Counted from the whole stretch's first letter, positions 11,446 through 23,570 are shown. The stretch is 63,757 bases of DNA, filler included, from Salisapilia sapeloensis CBS 127946 (GCA_023334545.1; 13 parts of 13 records of this genome joined end to end with filler, not necessarily neighbours in it), one strand, 5' to 3'. A program made the numbers and translations. Notes: a model not told the origin generated them from the letters alone.

Positions 11446-11546
11446 NNNNNNNNNNNNNNNNNNNNNNNNNNNNNNNNNNNNNNNNNNNNTTAATTAATTA
11501 ANNNNNNNNNNNNNNNNNNNNNNNNNNNNNNNNNNNNNNNNNNNNA

Positions 11547-11729
11547 TTCTTCGCGAAGCGTCAATTGGTGACGCTCTTCTCTGCGCCCAACTACTGCGGC
11601 GAGTTCGACAATGCCGGCGCGATGATGTCGGTGGACGAGACGCTCATGTGTTCGTTCCAGATCCTAAAGCCCGCGGAGAAAAAGCACAGATACGGCGGCG
11701 CGATCGGCAATGCAGCATCGAAACAGTAG
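11547..11729 (+). CDS. PP1: Protein phosphatase 1 catalytic subunit, C-terminal end
   Basis: [60 protein letters not shown], containing the SAPNY motif. Confidence 0.95.
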   Translation, partial: FFAKRQLVTLFSAPNYCGEFDNAGAMMSVDETLMCSFQILKPAEKKHRYGGAIGNAASKQ

Positions 11730-11887
11730 GCTGGCGTTCAAGATACGTAACTGCGGATGGAATCCAATCGCATTTTTTCATTTCGATCGTATGTGCACCC
11801 TACCGCCTCCACACGAAACCCACTCGACCCTCCATTTTTTATCGTTTCCATGTTTTCAGAATTATACGACACTCGAGGAAAAAGGAC

Positions 11888-14466
11888 CTAGATCTCATGC
11901 GACATGGCTGTCGACGGAGAAGGAGACGCCATGGACGTCGCTGACTGATCGAAACTCGCCCTCGACATGTAGCTGCCGTTCGAACCGTCGTACGTGAAGC
12001 CTGCAAAAGTGTACGACAGATTCCGCAGCGAGTTGTTCCGGTCGGCACTAGAGCTCAGCGCCACGCTGCCCTTGCGCTCGTGCGTCTTCTCCGCCTGCTC
12101 CGTGCCCCAGTTCCCACCGACCTTGGCCTTGGACGGGTCCTGCCGCTCCTCTTCGCTGACCACCCGCAGTCCCGCAGCGTCGATCTGGGCAGGCGGGAGC
12201 TGCGTGAACTCGTCCTCAAAGTTCGCAGCGTCAATCGGGTCCGTGTACTGGCACGGCTTGTACCACGGCTGCACTTGCTTCGTGTAGAGCGCGTGCCAGT
12301 CAATGTCGGCAAAGAACGGGTGGTACGTCACTTCTCTCGCGTCCATGGCGCCCAGTCGCTTGGCTGGGTCTCTCGTCAGCAGCCCTCGGATAAAGTCCAT
12401 GGCCTCATTCGACATGACGTCGTCCGGGAACTCGAGCGGCGCGTCTCGCAGGTTGGCAAAGAGCTGCTCTCGATCCTGCGTGTACCATGGCGGTCGACCA
12501 GTCAGCATCTCGTACAAGACCATGCCGAGGTTCCAGTAGTCCACGGCCGTCCCGTGTCCTCCACGATTGAGGATCTCGGGAGGAAGGTACTCTGGTGTTC
12601 CGCACATGGTGTACGTGCCCTGCACTTCGCTATTGAGGTTCTCCTTGGCCAGCCCAAAGTCCGCGAGCTTCACGTGCCCATCGACGTCCAGCATGATGTT
12701 CTCTGGCTTGAGGTCGCGATAGGCGATGCCTTGTTCATGCAAGTGGATGAGTGCCAGGACGATTTCCGCAGCGTAGAACTTGGCCATGGGCTCCGGAAAG
12801 CTTCCGTGCCGAGTCAAGTGGAAGAAGAGGTCGCCACCAGGGCAATAGTCCAGGACGAAAAAGAGCTTGTCTTTTGTCTGGAAGGCGTAGTGGAGGCACA
12901 CGACGAACGGATGGTTGACGCTCGCTAGCACACGCCGCTCTGTCCGTGTGTGCTCCACCTGCTCTTTCTTGACTACGATAGGTTTGCTCAGGATCTTCAC
13001 GGCAAAGAGCTGGGAAGAGTGCTTCTTTCGTACCAAAAGCACTTTTCCAAACGACCCTCGACCGATCATTCTCAAGGCGTCAAAGTCTCGAAGAGAAATC
13101 TTTCGCTTCTTGCTACTAGTCTCCGGCTCTTCTTCTACTTCCTGCACCTCGACACTCCGACTCTCGGCGCCGGACAGCACACCTCCATTCACACTGGCGG
13201 CCAGATGCCCTTCCTTGGTGGTTGGAGACGGAACACTTGCGGACAGACGCTGTAACCTTACGTCTCCCATCAGATCGCTCTGCCGGAGACTAGAGCTCAG
13301 GTCGTCCATAGAGGAAGCATCCTCCTGCTTGTCTCCACTGGAGCTTTCGCTGCCAAATACGCCGGAAGAAGAGTTGTAGGCAGAGGACGATAACGAAGTC
13401 TTTCCTTCCGGGATGTTAGGGAGAGACGAGCGTTCTTCTACGTTCGAGTCTACGCCCTCAAAGGCAGGAGGCTGGTTCGCCTCTCGTGTCAGGAACTCTC
13501 GAATGGCTTGCGCACACACGTGCGAGCTCTTGTTCCGACACGAGCAGTAGCCGTACTCTGGCGTGTCCTTGTCGCAGTTGCTTATGGACACGAGCATCAG
13601 GACTTCTCGAAGCCACCGATCGAGCTCTACCTGTCGCTTCTGAAGGAATGTTGTGTCTAGAGTTCGTCTTAGTGTCTTTGTCGGGACTTGAGGAACTCGA
13701 ATGCCCTGCAAAGACATATGATTGTAAGCTGTTGGGTAGGAATGGATCACGTATGCTACGTACCTCGTTTTTGAGCTGATGCGCTAGCTGCTTAAAGTCG
13801 TGGAAACGGCGATAGATGGTCCACTGCTTTTCGTTCACTATGCACTCGACCTCGAGACGGAAGACAGCGTATAGGCGATGGGTCACACCTTCCCTCGCGA
13901 ACGAGAATCCTTGTATCCGATTGAGCCGTCCGTCCGCTCCCGGTGGGATAAAGGCAGATGTGTTGCCGACACTGGCCTCTGAGCGCTCAAAGTTTGCTGC
14001 CCATAGCTTTTCAAATATCGCTCGCTCTTCTGGCGGCTGAGCCGGACGCTCGTCTTTCGGAATACTGATGCTGCGTCGGAGGTCTTCCGGCTCCTCTTCG
14101 TGGTCATCCCCGTGATCGATGGACATGTGATGCAGGGACAGGGATGGCCCTTCCTCTTCCTCCCCATCGCTGGAGTTGAGGATGTGAAAGGGTTCGCGCA
14201 TGGGAGGGACCGGCGATGCGCTCGTGTCCTGGTACGGCACCTGGTGTACTCTAGAACATTACATAAGGATATTGGCATTAAATTAGCAAGTAGGTGGAGC
14301 TTACGTGTGGGATCCATTGTACTGGAACTTTTCAGACGGCACGGAGGCGTAGGCAGGGTAGTCCCGAGAAGCTTTGCGCTTCTTGCATTCACTACGAGGC
14401 CAACACGCAAAAGTACAGTTCAATTAGGAGTGAGCTTTTGGTAGATCAGAGCGGGACGTACGCCAT
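11888..14466 (-). CDS. PX-domain AGC-family Ser/Thr kinase (SGK/Akt-like), spliced
   Basis: The PX domain (WTIYRRFHDFKQL...PQVPTK...KRQVELDRWL) is split by an intron near 13700-13760. Kinase motifs are GRGSFGKV, YRDLKPEN, DFG, TMCGTPEY and the AGC hydrophobic motif FAGFTY. The 5' exons are inferred from GT-AG sites. Confidence 0.9.
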
Positions 14467-14936
14467 GAGGTGGGATGCGGCGACGGAGCGGTCCAGTTCC
14501 TACGAGCTAGCGGAGAAACGGAGGAAGAGAGCGGGCGAGCGGCGCCACTTGGACTAAGTTTCTCGAGACTTTTTTATCTCTGCGTCTCGGTCGGAGACGA
14601 CGGACAGCTAAATACACTCCTTCTCGGCCGTCGAAATAGCAGATTTCGCCCCATCCGCTAAAGAATGTGAGCTAATACGCCTTATCTAACGATCAGACAA
14701 AATTCAGGCTAATTACACCACCCTCTGATTTGCTTTTGAGTTGGCCATTGGTCCACTTTATTCGGACTGCTTCCGCCAGTAAGCAAAGTAAGGACCGAGT
14801 CCACTCTATAAACCAGGACACTTGCAGTTGGTGGCAGCAGCTGCTTCTATACAAAGGTATAGTAAAACGTAGGTACACACGCCATTTCGGTCGCCCGCTC
14901 GCGGTGGCAGTAGCGATAAAACGGAAGGACACGACG

Positions 14937-15439
<503 letters not shown>

Positions 15440-15917
15440 NNNNNNNNNNNNNNNNNNNNNNNNNNNNNNNNNNNNNNNNNNNNTTAATTAATTAANNNNN
15501 NNNNNNNNNNNNNNNNNNNNNNNNNNNNNNNNNNNNNNNCACTGTAGCCGTCCCAGTAAAGCAGCGAAGAGCTCAATGGAGCAAGTAAATCGAATGACAC
15601 TTCAACCTGGACGGCTTCTGAGGATACGCTCGACACTAGGCCCTGCCAAAGCTTGACAGAGGAACGGAGGATACATGTGGGTAGGAATAGAAAAGTATAT
15701 AGCGACGTAAGAGCAGGACAAACCACCAAAGGCTTGGGCATTGATTCCTTCTACAGTGTTTACATGTTTGTTCACATAGTGCCTATTATGCCTAGCCTGA
15801 TACACGATTGCCCACTCAACAAACACAGCCCAACAAGAAGCCTTTCATGAAGACATACGTCTCCCTTTTGATATTCCAGCAAGCGATACTTCCCTTCATG
15901 GGCTTACAACACACGAC

Positions 15918-17039
15918 TTAGTCCCCCGAGATTAATCTCGTGTACACTTGCTGCAGCCACCTGAGCTCAAGGCTCTTCCGGAAGGCGTCTTCTGACAGAG
16001 TCTCGTCCTCGCCCGTGTACGTGTAGCTCAGCACCTTGTCCTCCTCCGGCAATATCAGGAACGAGTTGTCGCTGAAATGGCCAGGGACACCCACGGCCTC
16101 CAGCTCCACGAACAGCCCCACAAACTTTTCGGGCTGCAGTCGTACCTGGAACTCCGTCGGAGAGACTTTGGTCACGGACGCAATGGTGATATCTCCACTG
16201 CCCAAGTGCAGGTCCTTGTAGGCTGCGAGGAAATGAAAAGCGTCGTTGCACTCGACTTGCTTTTCGCTCGACTGCACAGAGCACTTGGCGTACACAAAGC
16301 AGGAAGACAGAGTGCAGCCGTCCCCTTCAGACAGCACATCGGAAAGCGCCACCGTCGCGAGCTCCTTGCTCTCCTATCAGACAACCTCCATCAATCCAGT
16401 TGAAATCAACACAAACGCAAGATAGAGACGTACCAGACTATCGAGGCTGTACACACTCTCCCCAACCTGCTTCACCATCTCCCCAGTGTCCGTGCGACGG
16501 ACCTCGAATGTCACTTGCATACCCACTTCCTCCGTGACGTCGCTAACGCCAAAGAACACAGCGTCGCCAGTCTCGGGATGAGCGTGGACGGACAGCACGA
16601 GCGGAGCGTACTCTCGTTTGACAAAGTGGTGGAGACTCTTCCACTGACCAGAGTATTCGATGCTCGACCAGCTCAACCCCTGCCACACGTCGTTCAGCTG
16701 CCAGTACAAGATGCCCATCGTCTTGCCCAGTGCCTCCTGCTTGCCACGACGCCACGTCCGGATGGCTGTCTCGTAGCACAGTCCCTGCTGCACCTGTGTC
16801 AGGTAGAGGTACGACTCCACTCGCTTCTTCACGTCAAAGTGGAATTGCAACGGCGAGCTCTCGTTTGCGACAGGCATGTCCAGCCACTCTTCGTGGTTGA
16901 ATGGGAACGGAACGTAGAAGCGGCGACTGATTTGGTTGTACAACTGCTTGGTGCCGTTCGGATGACGCTCGCGAAGCTTGTAGAGATCCCAGAACGAGTG
17001 GAAGCTGTCCCAGTCCTCGGGTCCGCTGACCTCTCGGAG
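15918..17039 (-). CDS. Beta-mannosidase (GH2), C-terminal part, spliced, 5'-truncated
   Basis: YLYLTQVQQGLCYETAIRTWRR...TMGILYWQLNDVWQGLSWSSIEYSGQWKSLHH, then the C-terminal Ig-like domain with GHFSDNSFLILP. Confidence 0.9.
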
Positions 17040-17204
17040 NNNNNNNNNNNNNNNNNNNNNNNNNNNNNNNNNNNNNNNNNNNNTTAATTAATTAANNNNN
17101 NNNNNNNNNNNNNNNNNNNNNNNNNNNNNNNNNNNNNNNGCCGAGACGACTTGAAGTCTCTCGGTATCTCATTCCGGAATCGACCACCAAGCACCTCGTT
17201 CGAC

Positions 17205-18284
17205 ATGTCCAACACGCCGCTCAAGATCGTCGTCTCCGGCGCTGCTGGGCAGATTGCCTACTCCCTCCTCCCCTTGAGTGCGTTTTACTTGCCAAGGTTT
17301 ATAAATCCTAAACTAACTCCTGCTAGTCGCCAATGGCCTCGTCTTTGGCCCCGAGCACCCCGTCCAGCTCCGACTGCTCGACATCCCTCCGGCCCAGGAA
17401 GCACTCGAGGGCGTCAAGATGGAGCTCCAGGACTGTGCCTTCACCCTCCTCCAAGGTAACTCGGATACTTTATAGCTCATGGGAGTTTGGACCGACCTCG
17501 TTCGTGTCCGAGTAGAGATCGTCGCTACTTCAGACCTCGAGACTGCCTTCAAGGACGCTGACGTGGTACGTCGCCTCCCTCCTCTCCATCTGAAAGTAGA
17601 CTTATGCTTCTCCCGAATTACAGGCTGTGCTCGTCGGAGGTTTCCCTCGCAAGCAGGGCATGGAGAGGTACGTTACCGTCACGTCGGACACGTACTCTAC
17701 GTGATTCTCACCTGTGTCTGCAGAAAGGATCTGATCGAGAAGAACGTGACAATCTTCAAGGCCCAAGGTGAGGCACTGGAGCAGTACGCCAAGCGAGACG
17801 TCAAGGTGCTCGTGGTGGCCAACCCAGCCAACACCAACTGCCTCATCGCCATGACGTACGCCCCCAGCATCCCTCGATCCAACTTCACCGCCATGACGCG
17901 ACTCGACCACGAGCGTCTGCGTGGCTTCCTCGTCGAAAAGGTGAACGGCGAGAACAAGACGGACCGCATCTCGCCCAAGCACGTGCGTCGGTGCATCATC
18001 TGGGGCAACCACAGCAGCACCCAGGTGCCAGACTACTCGCAGGTCGAGGTCCTGACAGACGACGCCAAGGGTCCGCAGCCGCTGTCTGCCTTTGTGACCG
18101 ACAACCAGTGGCTCCAGTCGCAGTTGGTGCCGGACGTCCGGCAGCGTGGAGCTGCCATCATCAAGGCGCGGAAGCTGTCCAGCGCCATGTCTGCGGCCTC
18201 AGCCATCGGTGCCCACCTGCGTGACTGGCTGGGTCCCAAGGGTACTCCGGACGGAGAGTTCATCTCCATGGGCGTGTGCTCGGA
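17205..18284 (+). CDS. MDH1: Cytosolic-type malate dehydrogenase, spliced, 3'-truncated
   Basis: [44 protein letters not shown] and [12 protein letters not shown] motifs across 5 exons. Confidence 0.93.
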
Positions 18285-18385
18285 NNNNNNNNNNNNNNNN
18301 NNNNNNNNNNNNNNNNNNNNNNNNNNNNTTAATTAATTAANNNNNNNNNNNNNNNNNNNNNNNNNNNNNNNNNNNNNNNNNNNNA

Positions 18386-18488
18386 ATTAAGCCTCAATAC
18401 AATCAGTTCTCATTTTGCTTTCTAAAGCACAAGTGTCTTACACTACTTCCGTACTTTTAGTACAAGAGTTTCATACTCCGCGTCTTAC
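18386..18488 (+). repeat. 103-bp direct repeat, copy 1
   Basis: Matches 23766-23868 with one mismatch (C18484 vs T23864), at an offset of 5380 bp. Confidence 0.97.
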
Positions 18489-18579
18489 GCTTTCCTTACG
18501 TTGAAAGGGCTATCGTTGTTACTTTCGTCACAGAAATAGCTATACGAGTGATACTTTGTATGCGAAACCCGACTTCTTA

Positions 18580-19260
18580 TTTGCGCCAAATCTTGTTGTC
18601 GGAATAAGATCCTGCGCGACAATCAATAGACATAGATTATCCGTTTGCGCCGACAAGAGTTTACACATTAACGGCTGGATAGCCTTATCTACAATAGAAG
18701 CCCTCATGTTCTCTCGGGCGTGGTATCTGTAGGATCGTTCCGTCTATTGCACTCACTACGTCAGGAAAATCTTTAGTTTTCATAAATTCACTCTTGACTT
18801 TAGTCCATTGTTCAGTAGACGTAGGAAAAGAGATTATCGTCGGCGTTATCTTCGAGATTACATTAACAAACATCGTCACATTTTCTTGCATCCATGATGT
18901 CGCCCTTCCAAACGTAATATGAGCTTTTTATAGCCAATTTAAGATGTAAGATAGTACATAAATACAGCAACCTTCTTCTTAAACGAATGTTGCTTTGTAT
19001 ACTTTACCGTCTCTACATCAAGCATTTATGTGGCAAGAAAGTTCACAATTCCTTTAAACATCGACTTCGTACACATCAGGTTCTGCTGAATCCAAGCATC
19101 GTACGATCTGTCGTCAAGCATGCAATCGAACGGCAAAGTGTCCAATGTGAGTGTGTTTACTTTCTCAAAGCTGAAAACTTTTAAAACGGCAAAAGCGGGT
19201 GACGCAGACACCGTAGCTACTGCTAGAACGACGTTGTCATTTTTGTCTTCCTCCGATTGC
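18580..19260 (-). mobile_element. PIF/Harbinger-type DDE transposase relic (stops and a frameshift)
   Basis: DAWIQQNLMCTKSMF...KKKVAVFMYYL...FPDVVSAIDGTILQIPRP...FYCR*GYPAVNV*TLVGANG*SMSIDCRAGSYSDNKIW, the DDE_Tnp_4-type AIDGT core. Confidence 0.85.
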
Positions 19261-19502
19261 TCTTTCAGTGTCGAAACCCTTCCGTAATTTCTGCTAATAC
19301 CAATGGGTCGTTGGTATTAAAATTAATTATAAAAAACCTAGCACAGTTATTTATATCTACCAATCGGAAGTAGTGTACCAGCTCCAAAATACCGATCATC
19401 GGAGTTTCTTAGTTCCCTAATAACGCTCAAGTGTAAATTGTATTTCCTGTAAAGACAGAATTAAAAGAATTATAATTTTATTGTTTTATTGTGTCTGTGT
19501 CT

Positions 19503-19575
19503 TCTCCTATAGCTCAGTTGGTAGAGCGTATGACTGTTAATCATAAGGTCGCTGGTTCAAGCCCAGCTGGGAGAG
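19503..19575 (+). tRNA. trnN: tRNA-Asn (GTT)
   Basis: Complete cloverleaf: acceptor TCTCCTA/TGGGAGA, D arm GCTC/GAGC, anticodon arm TATGA-CTGTTAA-TCATA, T arm GCTGG-TTCAAGC-CCAGC, discriminator G. A T5 run follows. Confidence 0.95.
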
Positions 19576-19898
19576 TAATTTTTATAAATATATGTTGAGC
19601 TACGAATGCTCTTTGCGTATCTTTAAACACTTCCGTAAAGAAAGCAGTAGCGTAAACTTCAAATTTTATTTCATACTAAGGGCATATCTGACGGCGCTTC
19701 CGCATCACTATTCATCTCATGGGGATGAAGACAAGAGCCCCTAAGCCGTTCTCATTGATACAGTTGCGCCTCTCGTCTTTATATCCTCCAAATTTAGGGA
19801 CCCACTTGTCCAAATTAGCCTTTTCGATTGGCCAGTTCCTATAGCGTTTAGATTCCTCATCGGCCATCCCTAATATTTCTCATTTGACTCCCATTAAA

Positions 19899-20166
19899 AT
19901 GCCACAAAGAAAAACGTGGACCAAAGATGAAGAGAAAGCTAATTGCCTCTCTTACATTCGTGCGAGCGAGGACCCTCAGCCCGGAGAAGACTAATCGACA
20001 AATATGTTTTAGGATAAAGTCGTGCAATTATCTGCTGATCAGCAGCCGCAGTCTAGAAGGACTCGAAAGGCTATGGGTAATCGACGGTCTACAATTCAAC
20101 ATAATGTGATGAAATTTCAAGGACTGCACAGTGCTGCAAGTCGAAATTAAAGGAGTGGGGCTTTAG
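19899..20166 (+). mobile_element. Myb/SANT-like DNA-binding gene relic of the kind carried by Harbinger elements
   Basis: MPQRKTWTKDEEKANCLSYIRASEDPQPGED*STNMF*DKVV...RTRKAMGNRRSTIQHNVMKFQG, with in-frame stops at 19992 and 20010. Confidence 0.65.
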
Positions 20167-20384
20167 GGGAGGAAGCCCCATCTATTGCTCACGATATACA
20201 TAAGGGTTATCGTACCTTTTTTAGTATGGGGCCCGGACCAGGTCTTTAGACGAGACACTGGCCTAAATGACCTCTCGTTGATAATTGAATGTCGAATTTC
20301 AACTAATAGAAACGCTATTCAGCCTAAAACTAAAACTGACGAATTAGTGGATGCTCGCTGACTATATCCAAATCAAAGTAGACA

Positions 20385-21854
20385 ATGGATAGGAGCTCAT
20401 TACATCAGGAGGATATACATGCGGGAGATAATGTTATATACTTTAGCCTTGTCTTCGTATGTGGTGACCCTCGTGGTCATCGGATTACTAAAGTACTTGA
20501 GATGAAAAAAGCTGAAAATTCTGACTATCCACTTCATGTTGCAACGGATGAAGTGATACCAGCGACAATGCTTATGCGCCGCGTGCTCGATACAAAAGGC
20601 AATCGAGTAGAAGCAGTGTTATGGCGCAAGGTGCGCACCTATCAATTTATGGTTGGTTGAGTTTTGGCACCTAGTGTCCGACAGCAGTTTAGCGTTGTGC
20701 ACCAGCAAACTGTTCAACAAGCGACTTAGCATGTGTATCGTCGACAAACGAACGAAGCCAGCGACACAGTACATTACGAACCTAGTGGTGAAGAAAGTGA
20801 AAGTGAAGAGCTTTTTCATGCGCAAAGTGAAGTTGTGGAGCCAGCTGAGCGTACCTAACTTACTAGAGACAAAGCCGCTCACGTTATTAACAGCGTTCCA
20901 ACGTATGCGGAGCATCACACGAAGAGACATCGGTGAAAACAGCGTCCAGATGGGTTTCACCTGCGCTACTCTAGACAGAAACGGTATCGGGATAGACGAA
21001 GCGTTGTACGTGACTCGAAGATTATTCGACATGCACGCGCTCTTCTTTTCACGTTTGCCGAAGAATATGCTCTTCTGCCTGCTGTGCAAGCTGCTCTTGA
21101 GTCTACTCGAACGAGCCAAGATGATATTTTCGAGCTGCTACAGACATTGCCCCAGCCAGAACGAGTTGCTGATGGAACAGAAAATACCATAGCTATGAGC
21201 GAGCTCAATACGGTGATTGAGAGTGAAGCCATGTGTGCGGAAGAAGTGAGTCAATTAAGCAATGCGAGTGAGGGCGGCAGCGTGGGTCATTGTATGTGCG
21301 AGACTGAATGCTTCAGAGATGTCTGCCTGAATGCCGCTAGCGCTATGTTTTGCAACGCCTCGAATTGCAACATTCGAGCGAAGTATAAAAGTCGTTCTTT
21401 TAATAGTACCCGTGAGCTCCGCGACTTACACTTGTACGAGTCGAACATTGGCCTAGGTGTTTTCAAGGACATGTCGATAGAAGCTGGCGAAATAATTGGC
21501 GAATACAAGGGCATACTATAAGGCTTCAAGCCATTGGAGGACGGTGGTAACGATGTTACAGGGCAATTAGAATACACCACTGGTTATACGCTTCTGTAAC
21601 AGACACGAGCTGTAAATGGCCGATTTATATGCATAGAATCAATAGAGCGAGGGGGTCTCATGCGATTCTGCAACCACTCCTGTGACTTTAACTGCGTCTA
21701 CTTGGAAATGCGAAATTGGCGCCAAGTTAAGGTGTTTCTTGTAGCTACTAGATACATTAAGCCATTTACGTCAATTACAACAAACTATGGCGAACAACTG
21801 TCCTTTGCATGCAAGTCAAATGCCACCAATCGTGTTAGCAAACAAGTTGACTAG
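20385..21854 (+). pseudogene. Decayed SET-domain gene (GDPRG-type N-terminal domain + Cys-rich pre-SET + SET)
   Basis: ORFs 20385-20660, 21084-21521 and 21660-21854 share one frame, broken by about six stops. Motifs include HCMCETECFRDVCLN, GLGVF...GEIIGEYKG, RFCNHSC and ITTNYG. Confidence 0.8.
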
Positions 21855-21911
21855 TTATCTACTACATTGTGTTTGTTCGTTAAATTTTTCCTTTTCATTA
21901 AATCCTCTCTA

Positions 21912-22575
21912 TCATTTCCGCGCATCCACGAAATTCACTATTATCTGGTGAGTTGGTAGATGCTACGCATGCTAAACAAAAACAAAAATTTTAAATGCTG
22001 TACCCATTCAAAAATTTCTTAGAAGCCCAAAGTATTTTACATATACCTTACACAACAAACCCGCGCATGCATAGATAAGTACAAAATTTACCAGCAACGA
22101 ATACAGTGTTGTTTTGTGTCAAAAAGCGAAATTGACGATGCTGTGCTAAAATAACGGAGACGCTTTGTAAATTCACTGTAGTGTAATTTCCGCGTATGCA
22201 TGGTAAACTACAAGTTGCTTTGAGAGCGATGACACAATTTTTTTTGAGTTGGAGGTACTAACTGAAGATGCTGGGCTAAAACTACATATCTCTACATTCC
22301 CAGCTTCTATATACGTTCTTTATTACTTCTTTCACCAAATTCCCGCGTATCCATAATACAATCCAGCTTTTATAAATATACCGATACAGTAGAAATGATC
22401 TTACGCGCAATAATGAAGGTGCTGTGCTAATTCAAAAAATTTGATGTATTTGAGATCAAATAAGTGACGTATGAACAAATCTCGCGCATCCATAACGTTC
22501 AAACAGGTCTACTACTTACCATGAAATCATCTACATTGAAACCCGAACAAATTTGCCAATGCTGAGCAGTGTCAA
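21912..22575. repeat. Five-unit array of two conserved motifs (A: AAWTYCCGCGYATSCA; B: RTGCTG(T)GCTAA) at fixed spacing
   Basis: CGCG of motif A is at 21919, 22062, 22191, 22344 and 22483. RTGCTG of motif B is at 21995, 22138, 22268, 22419 and 22559. A-to-B distances are 76, 76, 77, 75 and 76 nt. Confidence 0.85.
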
Positions 22576-22582
22576 CGATGAA

Positions 22583-23570
22583 CTATACGTTAAATTTTTT
22601 ATTAAGCCTATCAATGTTGTTTGTAAACCAATTCAACGTTTTGCGGTTCTGCTCTCTGTATTGGTCCATTGCTGCAATTACAGCTTTCCTCGCTTTCGTC
22701 TCATCCCAGCTATACTTCGTTTGGCATTCTGACGTTAGCTGCCGAATAAAGTCGAGAATGCGTCTTCGTCGATTGACGAATCTCCTCTCATCGGCAGTAA
22801 ACCAATTCGACCCATATCGTTGCTCAAGCTCTCGAATAGACTTAAAACCAGGTAAATCATTGTATCATTCAGTCCACAAATCTTGTACTGATTGAATCCC
22901 TCGGCTAAGTTTGTGCATTAATACAGAATTTTCACTAGGCGTGCGCACTGGGACCAGTGCTGTTGGTCGTTGGACATCCTCATGGGCAGCCGCACTGTCG
23001 TCGTTTTGCACTAGCCGAACTTGTAACATGGGAGTGCCGTTGCGCAAAGGGTAAAGTATCTCGTGCACGTCGCCGAGATTTCTTTCCAGGTTCTTTAGAC
23101 TATCACTTACTTGTTCAACGATAGATTTTAAATCATAATGTACTCCGTCTATCTTTGCTGCCAGGCTTGGCATCGCCTTCTGAAACCGCATCTCAGCAGG
23201 TTCATCCATTGCATCGATCGTGTTAATTGCATGCATCTTAAATTTGTTTAACTCACGCGATTGAAACAGCACATGCTGCCACAGTGGATGACAATGTACG
23301 TTGTCAATTAAAAGAGCTGCATCCTGTATAATAACCTTGCGTAGGTATTCTAATAACTCAAGGACACCTCCTGCAACTATCGACGGTTTACATCGTCGAC
23401 TTTCAAACGCTGATTCTCACGCCTCTATCTGCGGGTAAATCTGTGTCGTCAAAACCACGGGAGGTTCGACCATCGATCTAGCGACAAAGTAGCTACCTCT
23501 AACAGGTTCAAAGCCTGCGAGCTTGCGCATAGCTTCGCGTGGAAGTGATGTTAGATAGCATTTGTAACGG
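22583..23570 (-). mobile_element. Crypton (tyrosine-recombinase transposon) relic: NDC10_II-like region + GCR1_C domain
   Basis: One frame with two TGA stops at Trp positions (23417, 22865). It reads CYLTSLPREAMRKLAGFEP..GSYFVAR..VEPP..L..QIYP...LLEYLRKVIIQDAA...HPLWQHVLFQS, then HKLSRGIQSVQDLWTE*YNDLPGFKSIRELEQRYGSNW...ERRFVNRRRRI. Confidence 0.82.

Noticed and set aside
12080-12928. Long antisense ORFs (e.g. 12080-12928, 30377-30985, 32523-33272, 53467-54303)
   Set aside because: They lie opposite well-supported genes and are the expected shadows of GC-rich codon usage.
21912-22575. CRISPR array interpretation of the motif array
   Set aside because: The motifs are short (12-17 nt), degenerate and of two alternating kinds, the period varies from 129 to 153 nt, there are no cas genes, and the host is a eukaryote. 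It is kept as an unexplained array instead.
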